IMG/VR virus record: IMGVR_UViG_3300048838_000528
Location: 1 to 55,586 of that record
DNA: 55,586 nt
Source of the DNA: a virus
Taxonomy: Duplodnaviria; Caudoviricetes
Strand: one strand, 5' to 3'
The position numbers and the translations under genes were made by a program. Positions 25,937 to 35,900 of this stretch are shown piece after piece (the stretch's first letter is position 1; the number at the start of each line of letters is the position of its first letter). The notes under the pieces are model-generated. The model was not told the origin of the DNA and searched no databases. It was given only the letters and a program-made list of their open reading frames with translations.

Positions 25937-26282
25937 AATGTTACAAGAAGATAGGTTCAAGAAACTAAACATTTATGACAATTATATTCAACTTTCTAAA
26001 CATAAAATACTTGATTTAATGAAGGTTCTAAAACTCGAAGAATATCAAGGCGTTAAAAGAATATTGAAACCTGAAACAAAAAATCTTACAATAGAAGAAA
26101 TCATGTTGCAATTTACCGATGTGGAAATTGTTAAATTATTAGTGTGCAACTTGGACTTGAAAAAAACGGTTGATAATGTTATGATTAGAAAAGGTTATTC
26201 ACGGGCGATGGCAGAAGCAATTGTTCGCAATATCAAACAAATGTATGAATATCAAATAGAAGAATTGGAGATAAAAAAATAA
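25899..26282 (+). CDS. hypothetical protein
   Basis: in-operon ORF. Confidence 0.7.
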   Translation: MEKELQEEIRKYKMLQEDRFKKLNIYDNYIQLSKHKILDLMKVLKLEEYQGVKRILKPETKNLTIEEIMLQFTDVEIVKLLVCNLDLKKTVDNVMIRKGYSRAMAEAIVRNIKQMYEYQIEELEIKK

Positions 26283-26494
26283 TGGCAAAATTAGTTATCA
26301 AGTTTAATGTAACAATGGAATACGATGGCAATAAAATACAAGATAGTGAAAACGCTTTTAAAGAGGCAACAACATTACTTGAAGATAAAAAAGAATTAGA
26401 AAACATTAAAAATGAAATTATTGACGATTTGATGGATGATGAAGATTATACAACTATTAAAATTAAAAACTTCAAATGGGAAGTGATTGAATGA
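26282..26494 (+). CDS. hypothetical protein
   Basis: GGAG RBS, TAATG coupling. Confidence 0.7.
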   Translation: MAKLVIKFNVTMEYDGNKIQDSENAFKEATTLLEDKKELENIKNEIIDDLMDDEDYTTIKIKNFKWEVIE

Positions 26495-26748
26495 ACGCAT
26501 ATGAAATGCCATTTGAAACCTATATGCACACAAAAAGTCTAATGTATTTCAAAGTGGTGGTTTTCAACTGTCATGGGGAATACGTAGACGAGTTTGACAA
26601 TTACGAAGAAAAGAATTACAAAGTCGAATTGGTTAGAAAGTATGCAAATTATATGGTAACGGAAGAACAAGTGACATTCAAAAAAGTTAAAGGATATGCC
26701 ATTTCAACAACCATTATTCACATACAGGAGTTGGGGTATGAAAATTGA
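26491..26748 (+). CDS. hypothetical protein
   Basis: ATGA-coupled ORF. Confidence 0.65.
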   Translation: MNAYEMPFETYMHTKSLMYFKVVVFNCHGEYVDEFDNYEEKNYKVELVRKYANYMVTEEQVTFKKVKGYAISTTIIHIQELGYEN

Positions 26749-26956
26749 TTTTGATTTTGTTGATGTGAAAATTGGAAAAGATTATTTAGACTTTACATGG
26801 GCTTGTGAATTTGGTTTTGGGCATTTGATAACCGATTGGGATTTTAATATTTTAGACAATGAATGTATGGACGATGATTTTTGCAACCAAGTAATAGAAG
26901 AAGGAAGAAAAAATATGTTAAATTATTTTGGAGGTGATTTGCCATTAGATATTTAG
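26738..26956 (+). CDS. acidic hypothetical protein
   Basis: AGGAG RBS, ATG 26738 within track ORF 26696..26956. Confidence 0.6.
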   Translation: MKIDFDFVDVKIGKDYLDFTWACEFGFGHLITDWDFNILDNECMDDDFCNQVIEEGRKNMLNYFGGDLPLDI

Positions 26957-27405
26957 CGATTAGCAAAGCACCAAATTACTTTGCATATGCCGTTTTCAAT
27001 GAACAAAAATTAGAAGAATACGGTTTGGAAACGCTAAAGGAATTTGATGATGTTTTAAGATTGAAAGAAGTGTTTAATCTTATGAATGAAATTATCATTT
27101 CCACACAAACGAGTGTTGTGGTAACTCATTCACTTGAAATTGAAAAAATATTAAAGAAAGATTTGGAACGGATTACCGAGTTCAAGGCAATGATAAAATT
27201 GGCTACCATCCAAACCCACCGTTTATATTTGGAAGCAAAAACAACAGGTTGGGAAAAGAAGATTTTGGGGCGTGTTACAAAAGCACAAAAACTAAAACTT
27301 ATTCGTGATGGATACGAAATTGAATTAGATGGTGTATTTGCAGGCGATTTGGCTGACGCTATCATTCTTGGGGAAGCCGTTGCACACAAGAGGATTTATG
27401 TATGA
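26944..27405 (+). CDS. RuvC-like protein, probable ATT start, degenerate active site
   Basis: GGAGGTG RBS 7 nt before ATT; IRYLAIS..., W.K...G...K, DLADAIILG. Confidence 0.6.
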   Translation: MRYLAISKAPNYFAYAVFNEQKLEEYGLETLKEFDDVLRLKEVFNLMNEIIISTQTSVVVTHSLEIEKILKKDLERITEFKAMIKLATIQTHRLYLEAKTTGWEKKILGRVTKAQKLKLIRDGYEIELDGVFAGDLADAIILGEAVAHKRIYV

Positions 27406-27797
27406 AACGTTACCGAACATTTATTTTTGATAATGACGAATTGCTTTACGTTCTTATTACAAAACAATACGATGGTGAAATTGTAAAGGATTTTGATTTG
27501 TATTATATGGGAAATCAAAAAGAGTGCATTTTAGACGTTTTAAGACGTTTTGGTTCAAAGTCGATTAACTATTCAAGTTTAATAGAAAACTTCGTTACAA
27601 CCGATTGTCATGCGTCTAATAACGTGTTACGATATTCACGCAACCTTTTAGATACCAAAAGTCTTAACATTACAAGATTTAGAGATAAAACACTACATTT
27701 CTTGGTATCTCAATTTGAAAGTGATTGGGGGGTAGTAAATTGGAATGGCTTTAGAAGAAAAGAAAACAAAAACGCCAAGAAAAAACCGAGCGATTAA
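27402..27797 (+). CDS. hypothetical protein
   Basis: GAGG RBS, ATGA overlap. Confidence 0.7.
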   Translation: MKRYRTFIFDNDELLYVLITKQYDGEIVKDFDLYYMGNQKECILDVLRRFGSKSINYSSLIENFVTTDCHASNNVLRYSRNLLDTKSLNITRFRDKTLHFLVSQFESDWGVVNWNGFRRKENKNAKKKPSD

Positions 27798-28158
27798 AAT
27801 TGTGGATGGCGTTTGGGGTGAAGAAATTTCAATTTATATTCAAGATTATGAAAACCCAGAAATTAAAATTACGTATTTAAGAAAAGAAAATGATATTTAT
27901 GAAAATGTTGTGAAAACTTTCATAAGAAAAGATGTAGAAGATTTAAAAATCAAGGGTTTTGTGGATTGGTTTTGGGTTGAGATGGCTATGCAAAGTGTAA
28001 GCAAAGTAAATGAAATATACCAAGTCGTACAGGGTTTGCTACACCCAAGTTTAGACCATATATTTTATGTCAAAAATTACACCAAACGTGAACTTCGACT
28101 AAACCCACTTTTTCAAGTCAAATTACCACACCCAAATTATAAGGAGTATAAAAAATGA
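27745..28158 (+). CDS. hypothetical protein
   Basis: in-operon ORF. Confidence 0.7.
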   Translation: MALEEKKTKTPRKNRAIKIVDGVWGEEISIYIQDYENPEIKITYLRKENDIYENVVKTFIRKDVEDLKIKGFVDWFWVEMAMQSVSKVNEIYQVVQGLLHPSLDHIFYVKNYTKRELRLNPLFQVKLPHPNYKEYKK

Positions 28159-28997
28159 AGTTTATCATAGGAGAAAAAGTTGATTTTTATTTTGAAGATG
28201 AAGTTTTATGTGATGGTGAAATAATTAGCCTCGAATATAAAATGTCAGGAACATATTATCACATATCGCATAAAAATTATTGCTATTTTATAAGTGAAAA
28301 TGCTATTTTCAAAAGGGAAACAAAAAGGGAATATGATTTTAGAGGTTTAAATTCGAGTGACGTTTACCAACGCATACACGGAATTTCAATGTATGGGAAC
28401 AACAAAGTTATTTTAGAACAAAACCAAATAACCACAGAAATAATAACATTGGCAAATGCAAGGGGAGTTGGAATTGAAGTTAAAAAACCAATAGAAATAC
28501 AAACGGTGACAAATGGTGACTTTATTAGTGACGTTTGGGATTGGAGTTTTCCGGAACTTTGGATTGACGCAAAAAAACAAAAACCTTACGTTACTTACGG
28601 GGCAAACGGTGACTTTAGTAGTGACATTTGGACTTGGTCTTTTGCGGAAGAGATAGACAAAATTATTAAAGATTTAAAGGAGGCAAAAAAAACGGATATG
28701 CTATTATTTCCCAATTATGAGTTTGCGTTAAAAGATGATGTTAAAAACAAATTAAAAGAAATTAAATCGCCATATTATTCCAATTTACCCGACACCGTTT
28801 ATTTTAATGACAAAAAGAAAGCAACAACTTTAATGTATAATCAAAAGGCAACCGTAGTAAAGTGTGGTAAGGGTGATAAATATTCAAGACGCATTGGTTT
28901 CTTGGAGGCTTATTTCCAATCAACGTGTGGGCTATCCAAAACTCAAGCCAAAAAGTATTTAGAAAACATTGTGAAAGATAAAGAGGAAAAGAAATAA
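28155..28997 (+). CDS. multi-module hypothetical protein
   Basis: internal repeat NGDF.SD.W.WSF twice; C-terminal VYFND...TVVKC..GD.Y...G domain common in phages. Confidence 0.75.
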   Translation: MKFIIGEKVDFYFEDEVLCDGEIISLEYKMSGTYYHISHKNYCYFISENAIFKRETKREYDFRGLNSSDVYQRIHGISMYGNNKVILEQNQITTEIITLANARGVGIEVKKPIEIQTVTNGDFISDVWDWSFPELWIDAKKQKPYVTYGANGDFSSDIWTWSFAEEIDKIIKDLKEAKKTDMLLFPNYEFALKDDVKNKLKEIKSPYYSNLPDTVYFNDKKKATTLMYNQKATVVKCGKGDKYSRRIGFLEAYFQSTCGLSKTQAKKYLENIVKDKEEKK

Positions 28998-29230
28998 TGG
29001 CTAAACCTATTTTTGTTATTAAAGTAGATAGAGAAGTTTTGTTAATTTCATCTAAAATGGAAGAATTTAGAAAAGTTTTTGATAGCATATGCAAATCCAT
29101 TGGTGACGAATATCATATACTTGCTATGACTAAAGAATATGATGTTTCCGTATTAAATGGTGAATTATTTGAAGTTCGTGAGGAACAATGGGAACATATT
29201 TTAAAAATAATAAAAGGAGAAAGTGAGTAA
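28997..29230 (+). CDS. hypothetical protein
   Basis: coupled ORF. Confidence 0.65.
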   Translation: MAKPIFVIKVDREVLLISSKMEEFRKVFDSICKSIGDEYHILAMTKEYDVSVLNGELFEVREEQWEHILKIIKGESE

Positions 29231-29499
29231 TGCAAATATTTTTATTTATTGTTTTGCTGTTTGCTGTTGGTTTAATGCGTTCTTTGCCTAAAGTTATTAC
29301 AAAATGGGGTAAAGAAGATAACGATGTTAGCACTATAATTTTAGCACTTATTTTATCAATTGGTTTCCAATTCGTATTACCATTTGTCTTAAATTGGTAT
29401 TTAAACTTTTTATTTAATTTTGTTTTAAATTATTGGGTTGCGTTTGGTTTATTGTTTGTTGTTTCAGTATTTGTGGAACATATTGACGTTAATGAATAG
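29230..29499 (+). CDS. small membrane protein (about 3 TM)
   Basis: three hydrophobic stretches. Confidence 0.7.
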   Translation: MQIFLFIVLLFAVGLMRSLPKVITKWGKEDNDVSTIILALILSIGFQFVLPFVLNWYLNFLFNFVLNYWVAFGLLFVVSVFVEHIDVNE

Positions 29500-29509
29500 G
29501 AGAAATTAA

Positions 29510-30040
29510 ATGAACTTTGAAGAAAAATTAGGATTATTAGAACGTGGATTAAAACGCAGGGTAGAAAACTATCCAAAATATGTTGAGAGTGGTAAGGTAC
29601 AGCAAGAAAAAGTACAAAAGTTTGTGGACGAATTTAATAGAATTATTGAAGTTTACAAAAATGATTACAAAGTTAGAAAGCAACTTCAAAATGATAAGTC
29701 CTTAATTGCGATGGCGGGTAGCAAATCAAAACTTAAAAAGTTGTTGGAAAATGAAGTTGAGTTTGTAAAAATGGTAGAAACAGGGCGTGATGAATATCTT
29801 AAAAACTACGGTCAAGAAATCTTTAGAATACAAATGATGTTAGACGAAGCAAAAGAGGGATTACCTGACGCTGAATATTTATTAAAACTTATTGCTCACA
29901 ATAATTACGATGAAAAAATGTTAGATAGTTTTATGAACTTATTCTTGCTACCCGTTCTAACCGATTGGAAACAGTATGAAGAAGATTTAAAAAAACAAGA
30001 ACAAGAAAACATACAAGATAACATACAAGATAGCGAGTGA
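29510..30040 (+). CDS. hypothetical helical protein
   Basis: AGGAG RBS. Confidence 0.75.
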   Translation: MNFEEKLGLLERGLKRRVENYPKYVESGKVQQEKVQKFVDEFNRIIEVYKNDYKVRKQLQNDKSLIAMAGSKSKLKKLLENEVEFVKMVETGRDEYLKNYGQEIFRIQMMLDEAKEGLPDAEYLLKLIAHNNYDEKMLDSFMNLFLLPVLTDWKQYEEDLKKQEQENIQDNIQDSE

Positions 30041-30390
30041 TAAAAATGAGAAAGAAAATATTTATAGTACTTTTATTCTTACTTTTATTTGCAATGTTTG
30101 GTTGCACTGAAAAACAAGAAGAAGATAAACACGAAAACGAATACGTTCGTGTGGATAGATTGGAATATATTGACAACGAAAAAATACCCGTTGTGGATTT
30201 GGAACACATTTACGAATTTTTAGACCCAATTGTGATGGTTAAAAATGAAAATAGTTATTACTTTTATTTTGAAGTTGAAACCTATCCATTCTATCGTTTA
30301 GTAAATAATGAAAAAATATATCCCTATTACGTGAATGAAATCTCTTATATTAAGGTGTCTGACATTACAAATATCAAAGTTGGTGATTAG
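30037..30390 (+). CDS. lipoprotein
   Basis: RKKIFIVLLFLLLFAMFG-C lipobox. Confidence 0.72.
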   Translation: MIKMRKKIFIVLLFLLLFAMFGCTEKQEEDKHENEYVRVDRLEYIDNEKIPVVDLEHIYEFLDPIVMVKNENSYYFYFEVETYPFYRLVNNEKIYPYYVNEISYIKVSDITNIKVGD

Positions 30391-31410
30391 ATGAACGAAA
30401 ATGAAAAATACATTGATGAGGTATTTGGCAAGGTAGAGAAAAAGGATATGCAAATACCCGAAAAAGATGGTAAAGAAGCAAGTGGTCTTTTATGGGAAAT
30501 CATTTTAACTGTTTTGTTTGCCTTAATGACTTTGTTTATTCTTGGTATTTACGAACTGTTTTCAAGCGGTTGGGATTGGTCCATCTATCAAAGTTCTGAC
30601 TTTTGGATTAGATACGGATTACTTCAAGGTGCTTCTTGGTTTGCAAGAATATGGATTTATGTTATCCGTGTAAAACATCACGAAAGAACCGATAAGGCTT
30701 ACTTATCACTTGAAGAAGATTTGCAAGAATTTGTAAATGCTGATTTTGAAACACCTTTTATTGAAACGGACGCAAACGCTGACGATTTTGAACGGAAAAA
30801 ACGCTCGTGGATTAACAAGCAAAAGTTAAAACTCATTAAGTTTGCTAACAAATATCAAATAACTAATATCTTGCCATCCGTAAAAAAGGTAAACGAATTG
30901 GAATTTGATATGCACGGTTTTCAATTAAAGAGCGATAAAAAAATGTCACAACGCACCGAAAAGCGTGTGAATAGAAAAATCACAAACATTTTAAAAACAA
31001 TACGAAATGATTGGTGTGAACAAAACCTTGAAGCCGTAAAAGTAAGATACAACAAGGTTTCAAGAACTATCTTAACAAGTGGTTACGTTTCAAATAGAAG
31101 TGGTGATGGTTCACCCGATTACAAAAAGAATAGTGCAAAAACATTTATAAATAGCACCGTGCCTGCTTTCTTATTTGTAAGTGCTTTCATGTTTCTTATC
31201 GTACCACTAACGGGCGATATGGATAATTCGGCTGACGCTTGGTTTAAGTTCCTAACAAACTTCATGCTTGTTTTGGGCAGTGGTGCTATGATGTGGTACA
31301 ACTCACCCGAACTGTTTAGACAAACTTCTCGTAAGGCAATGTCAGAGCGTGTTGGTACATTAAATAACTACGCAAAGAAACGTGGTATAAAAATTAAAAA
31401 GGACAAATAA
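30391..31410 (+). CDS. membrane protein (2 TM + soluble domain + 2 TM)
   Basis: hydrophobic pairs near both termini. Confidence 0.78.
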   Translation: MNENEKYIDEVFGKVEKKDMQIPEKDGKEASGLLWEIILTVLFALMTLFILGIYELFSSGWDWSIYQSSDFWIRYGLLQGASWFARIWIYVIRVKHHERTDKAYLSLEEDLQEFVNADFETPFIETDANADDFERKKRSWINKQKLKLIKFANKYQITNILPSVKKVNELEFDMHGFQLKSDKKMSQRTEKRVNRKITNILKTIRNDWCEQNLEAVKVRYNKVSRTILTSGYVSNRSGDGSPDYKKNSAKTFINSTVPAFLFVSAFMFLIVPLTGDMDNSADAWFKFLTNFMLVLGSGAMMWYNSPELFRQTSRKAMSERVGTLNNYAKKRGIKIKKDK

Positions 31411-31424
31411 ATGTCCTTTTTTTT
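31396..31424. terminator. bidirectional terminator between the convergent arms
   Basis: aaaaa-ggaca-aataaa-tgtcc-tttttttt. Confidence 0.75.
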
Positions 31425-31950
31425 ATGTGTTTAATTTTGCTTCAACTTTAGCCAAGTCATTTTGAATGTTACGCTTTTTAAGTTCTTCTTGCATGGCTTT
31501 CTTCAAAGCAAGAACTTCATCGTAAGGTTTATAGAATGGCAAAGATACAAGCGTAGAACCTGCAATAATCATAAAAAGTAAAACAAATGCTTCAACAAAA
31601 AAGTTTGTTAGAACAACTACAATAGATAAAATAGCCATCGTGATTGCCAACTTTGAACGTTGATAGGTGATACCGAAACTTGCGTCGGCTTCTTTCATGG
31701 CGTCTTTTATCTTATCCCTAAAAATAAGAAACGCACCGAATAGACCAACCACACCCCAACCCGTTAAAGCGTATCCTGCGTCACGAAATGTAAACAAATC
31801 GTATCGAACCGAAAGGTATGCAAAAGGTAATCCTGCTTGGACTAAAACCCCCGTTAGCCCTAACATTTTCGGTGTACCCGTAATTTTAACTTTTGTTTTC
31901 TTTTTGTTTAATTTGATATAATCGGCAGGCTCTCTTTTGAGTTTAGCCAT
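31423..31950 (-). CDS. 4-TM membrane protein (holin/lysis candidate)
   Basis: four hydrophobic segments; last gene of the late arm. Confidence 0.7.
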   Translation of the reverse strand: MAKLKREPADYIKLNKKKTKVKITGTPKMLGLTGVLVQAGLPFAYLSVRYDLFTFRDAGYALTGWGVVGLFGAFLIFRDKIKDAMKEADASFGITYQRSKLAITMAILSIVVVLTNFFVEAFVLLFMIIAGSTLVSLPFYKPYDEVLALKKAMQEELKKRNIQNDLAKVEAKLNT

Positions 31951-31954
31951 ACGA

Positions 31955-32449
31955 CTACACCTCCTGTATTTTGTCTTTTAATGCGTCTTGTGATTGTGTA
32001 GAAATTTGTTGTTTTGCAACGTCATTTTGAATAGATAATCCTAAAATGGAAATTGCCTCTTGTGAAACAGTCGTAGCCTTTTTAGCAAAATCAAACATGG
32101 CTTGCTTTTGGTTTAACGGAACGTTAGCAACAGCAAGTGCTGAAATTGCCATGTCTTGCCAAAATTGTTTTTCTTTTATTTCACCTTGTAACTGTGTTTG
32201 CAACGGCTTGATAACATTTGCAACCATTTCGTTTTTGAAAGAAGTAAACTCAACACCAATTTCCTTTTTAACATCCGTAAATGTCTTGTGTGCTACCGTA
32301 GTGAAGTTCAAAAGTCTATCAACACGTTTAGCACCCAATCTTGAACCAACAAAAGTGTTCCATGCAACCACACCAAGTGTACCTAAACTAACACCAAATT
32401 GTGCAATTAAAGCGTAGCCTTCTTGCAATTCTTGTATTAACCAATCCAT
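31955..32449 (-). CDS. N-terminal TM plus coiled-coil protein
   Basis: hydrophobic N-terminus, helical body, lysis-module position. Confidence 0.7.
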   Translation of the reverse strand: MDWLIQELQEGYALIAQFGVSLGTLGVVAWNTFVGSRLGAKRVDRLLNFTTVAHKTFTDVKKEIGVEFTSFKNEMVANVIKPLQTQLQGEIKEKQFWQDMAISALAVANVPLNQKQAMFDFAKKATTVSQEAISILGLSIQNDVAKQQISTQSQDALKDKIQEV

Positions 32450-32718
32450 AATTTCACCTTTCCTTCTAATTCATTTATTTTTTCAAGCATTTCAGCATTA
32501 ACTAATTTTAACTTTTCAATGCGTTCATCTTGTTTTAAAACCTTGTCTACCAAATCGCCAATAGTCATATCAATTTTTTTAATGTAAACCCTTTCAATAG
32601 GATGAAATTCCTTTACACCTTTTACAACTGAATATATTTGCCCATCAGGTAATTTCTTTTTTTCTTGAACGGTTTTAGCGTCCTTTAACATATCTTTGTC
32701 TACCACGATATCACTCAC
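32437..32718 (-). CDS. hypothetical protein with coiled-coil C-terminus
   Basis: in-operon ORF. Confidence 0.7.
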   Translation of the reverse strand: MSDIVVDKDMLKDAKTVQEKKKLPDGQIYSVVKGVKEFHPIERVYIKKIDMTIGDLVDKVLKQDERIEKLKLVNAEMLEKINELEGKVKLWIG

Positions 32719-32815
32719 CTTTCTCTTTTTTGTTTTTATTATCTAATTCACCGTACGCCTTGAATGTTACTGCAAGACTAATGAAAACGATAAAAGCAAG
32801 GAGGGAAGTTGCCAT
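32711..32815 (-). CDS. 34-aa single-TM peptide
   Basis: MATSLLAFIVFISLAVTFKAYGELDNKNKKEKGE. Confidence 0.5.
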   Translation of the reverse strand: MATSLLAFIVFISLAVTFKAYGELDNKNKKEKGE

Positions 32816-32816
32816 A

Positions 32817-32933
32817 TTAGGCAACCCCCAACGCTTGTTTAACTTTGTCTTGAAACTCAACGGGTACTTCTTCTAATGCCATTTTACCTTTTTTTATTAA
32901 AAGTACATATGTTTTGATTGTTAAGTTTTCCAT
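32817..32933 (-). CDS. 38-aa CD1375/XkdX-like post-fibre protein
   Basis: KTYVLLIKKGKMALEEVPVEFQDKVKQALG, directly after the fibre gene. Confidence 0.65.
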   Translation of the reverse strand: MENLTIKTYVLLIKKGKMALEEVPVEFQDKVKQALGVA

Positions 32934-32934
32934 C

Positions 32935-35900
32935 TTACACCGCCACCTTATCTACGGTAATCACACCGCTTGCTATCGTAAATATAATTTTATACACCGT
33001 ACCCGTCACACTGTCCGTGATAATTCTATCATCGTCATAATATGTGATGGTCGTTGTACCCTTGATGTACGTGCCTTGATAGATGTAGTTGAAATACACC
33101 CTATCGCCTGCCGTAAGTCCCGTATGCGTAAACGATAAGCCATCGCCTGCCACCGTGCTATCAGCCACATCTAACTGTGTCTGCGTGCCATCGTCAGCAA
33201 TTTTAACGATTTCTACGAGTTCACTGATGGGGTTAGTCACCGTGATGTTAGTCGTGTAAATGTCAGCGTCCTCCACCATGTCATCGATGTATAAAGTCAT
33301 GTTGGGTGAGCCCATGAGGAAGTTATCCACGTCTATTTCAGTTTCAATGGGGGTTGCGAGTTGATAAAGTATTTTAGTGCCTGCGAGTGCGGCTTGTGCT
33401 TCGGCTAAATCAGCGTATGTGCTTTTTGAAACAATCAAATACATATTAGTTGTGTCAGTAGCAAAATTATTTACATTTGTTAATGAACCAGTGAAAGATG
33501 GATTTATTTCTAAATTAAAATTATCTACAACATATTGTAAGTCTATACCTGCAGTTGACGCTTTTGCACCATTGTAATTGCTTAATGGAATAATTACTAA
33601 ATCTGTGTCAGCACCAGCAGTAAATAAACTACTCATATCCCCACTCACCAACGTATATTCTTGCACCCTTTTCACATGATAGAACTTGCCGTTTCGATAT
33701 TCGATGGTGTCTTTCACACCGTTAGGTACTCTATTCAAATTAGCGTTTGCTTGTAAGTATAACTCGCTATCTACATATGCCTCGTATGTGGTTGCGGTTG
33801 CGTTGGCTTCAACCATAAAATTCCATCCATCAACATCACTTAATGATATGACGTCATCATCACTTCTCTTTAATACTGCAACGGCATATAAATCTTTCGT
33901 GGGTGTAAATGAAGCAACGTTCCACCCTGTTGTTGTGTAAAATGTTGTATCATCAATATTTTCAACATAAGCAAATGAAAAATCTATGGTGGTATTGCTA
34001 CGGCTGTATGTATAAGTTACACCTTGCTTAACAGGTATCCGTTGGTTGGTTGATAATCTAACACTTAGAACACTACCATCCCAATCGCCTAAACGCCATT
34101 CTTCTCTTGATAAGTTCTTCCCAACCGCTCTCAATCTCTTATTGCCACTCACTGACTGTATATTGTCGTTTGGTAGTTCGCCACTCGTAACCCATGCGTC
34201 CATTTGCGTTTTAATGTTAGCGTCACTCATGAGGTCAAATGTGGTATTGAATAGGGGGGAGTATTGCTTGTTGGCGATTAGGGTTGAGATGTTGAAAGTG
34301 TAAATATAATCAACATCAATTTGTGTCCAATCACTCGATCGATTATCTTGAACGGTCGCATATTTGGTTGCTCCTTGTGTTAAAACACCTGTTATATGTT
34401 CATATTCTCCTGAGCCACTATGATACCCAACAGCTGAAGTTCCATCACCAACTACAATCTCATTTGTTCCACTTGTTACTTTAACTTTAAAATCCCAATA
34501 ATATTTATCTCCTTCTATGAGCGCACTACTATCTTCAATAAGGCGACCACTTGTAGCATTAGCAGTAAATGAATAAATGCCACCACTTACACTGCCTGTT
34601 GCGGTAATTAAACTCCACCCCGTCGTACCATCTTCAAAATCCCCATTCGTGACTAACTGTGGTGCGTCCAATATCATGCCTTCAACCTCAACACTTAACG
34701 GTGCGTTTGCCACGTCGCTATCGAAATGTATGATTGATGTGCCGTCCTCTTCGGCTGTGTCGCCTGACGTCTTGCGTAGGCTTTCCTCGATACGCTTGAT
34801 GGATAGGTCTTGACGGACGTCGCTTTCTTCGAGGGTGTCGATACGTGTTTCGTGGTCTGATAGCGTGTCGGCGTTTGCTTTAACCTGCGTATCCAACAAC
34901 TCGATATCTTGCTTGACATCATCGCTTGCGTCTAAATAATTTGTACCACTGTGTGATACGGGTACATCTTCGGCGTTCATCACGACATTATCATCCAACG
35001 TGTAACCGTTGACCGTAATCGTCTTATCCACCTTACCCGCCAACACCGTGACTAAATCTACGCCCTCTGGGTAGTTCTCAAATATCGCCAAGATTTCAGC
35101 AATCGTATTGACAACATCATCAGCGTCGCTGTCAAATAGTGCAACGAGCGTGTCTAAATCAACTTTATCTTGTGCTGACATCAAGCCTGCTAATGACTGT
35201 GTTGCGTTGCCGATAAACGACTTCATCTCCACTAACGTTAAGATATTTGATGTGGTATTGTCATAGAATGTAAGCGTGATAAGATTTGTTCCTGTACGAG
35301 CAATGCTCTTAATCATGTTAGCGTTCTCTAATGCTGTCGTTCTACCTCTATGCGTATCAGCGTTAACAATCGTTTCATAGGTTGCTGGAACTGTTGTGTC
35401 TTTGAATGTTTCAAGACCTGAAATGCTTAACTCAATAGGGTCAAGTCTATCATCAACTAACTTGGTTGTAGGGTATTTAACGTTATCAGGTGTACCCCAT
35501 GCTGTTACTTTATTTGACTTGTCCTCTTTATTGGTTTGTAAATCTAAGATGTCTTGTTCAATATCGTCAATCATACCAACAATTTCATCAACTGCTGTTT
35601 TTAAGGTTGTTGCAACCAAACCACTAATTGTTGGGTCGTAAGTGATGTCTTGTGAACCGTCAATAATGGATTGAATATCACATTCGGTTGTCCCAACTCT
35701 TTGCAATAAAGTTCCTTGACTATCGGCAAATTCAATATATTCGTTTCCATCCCAAATGTATTCTAAACCAATGTAAGCACTATCATCCACCGTTGTGCCA
35801 TCTTGAATAATATAAAATGTGCCACAAACGGGGGTAAATGCCAAACCACCATCGGTTAAGGATAACCAATCACTTGCTAACGGTGTTCCATCAATTATAT

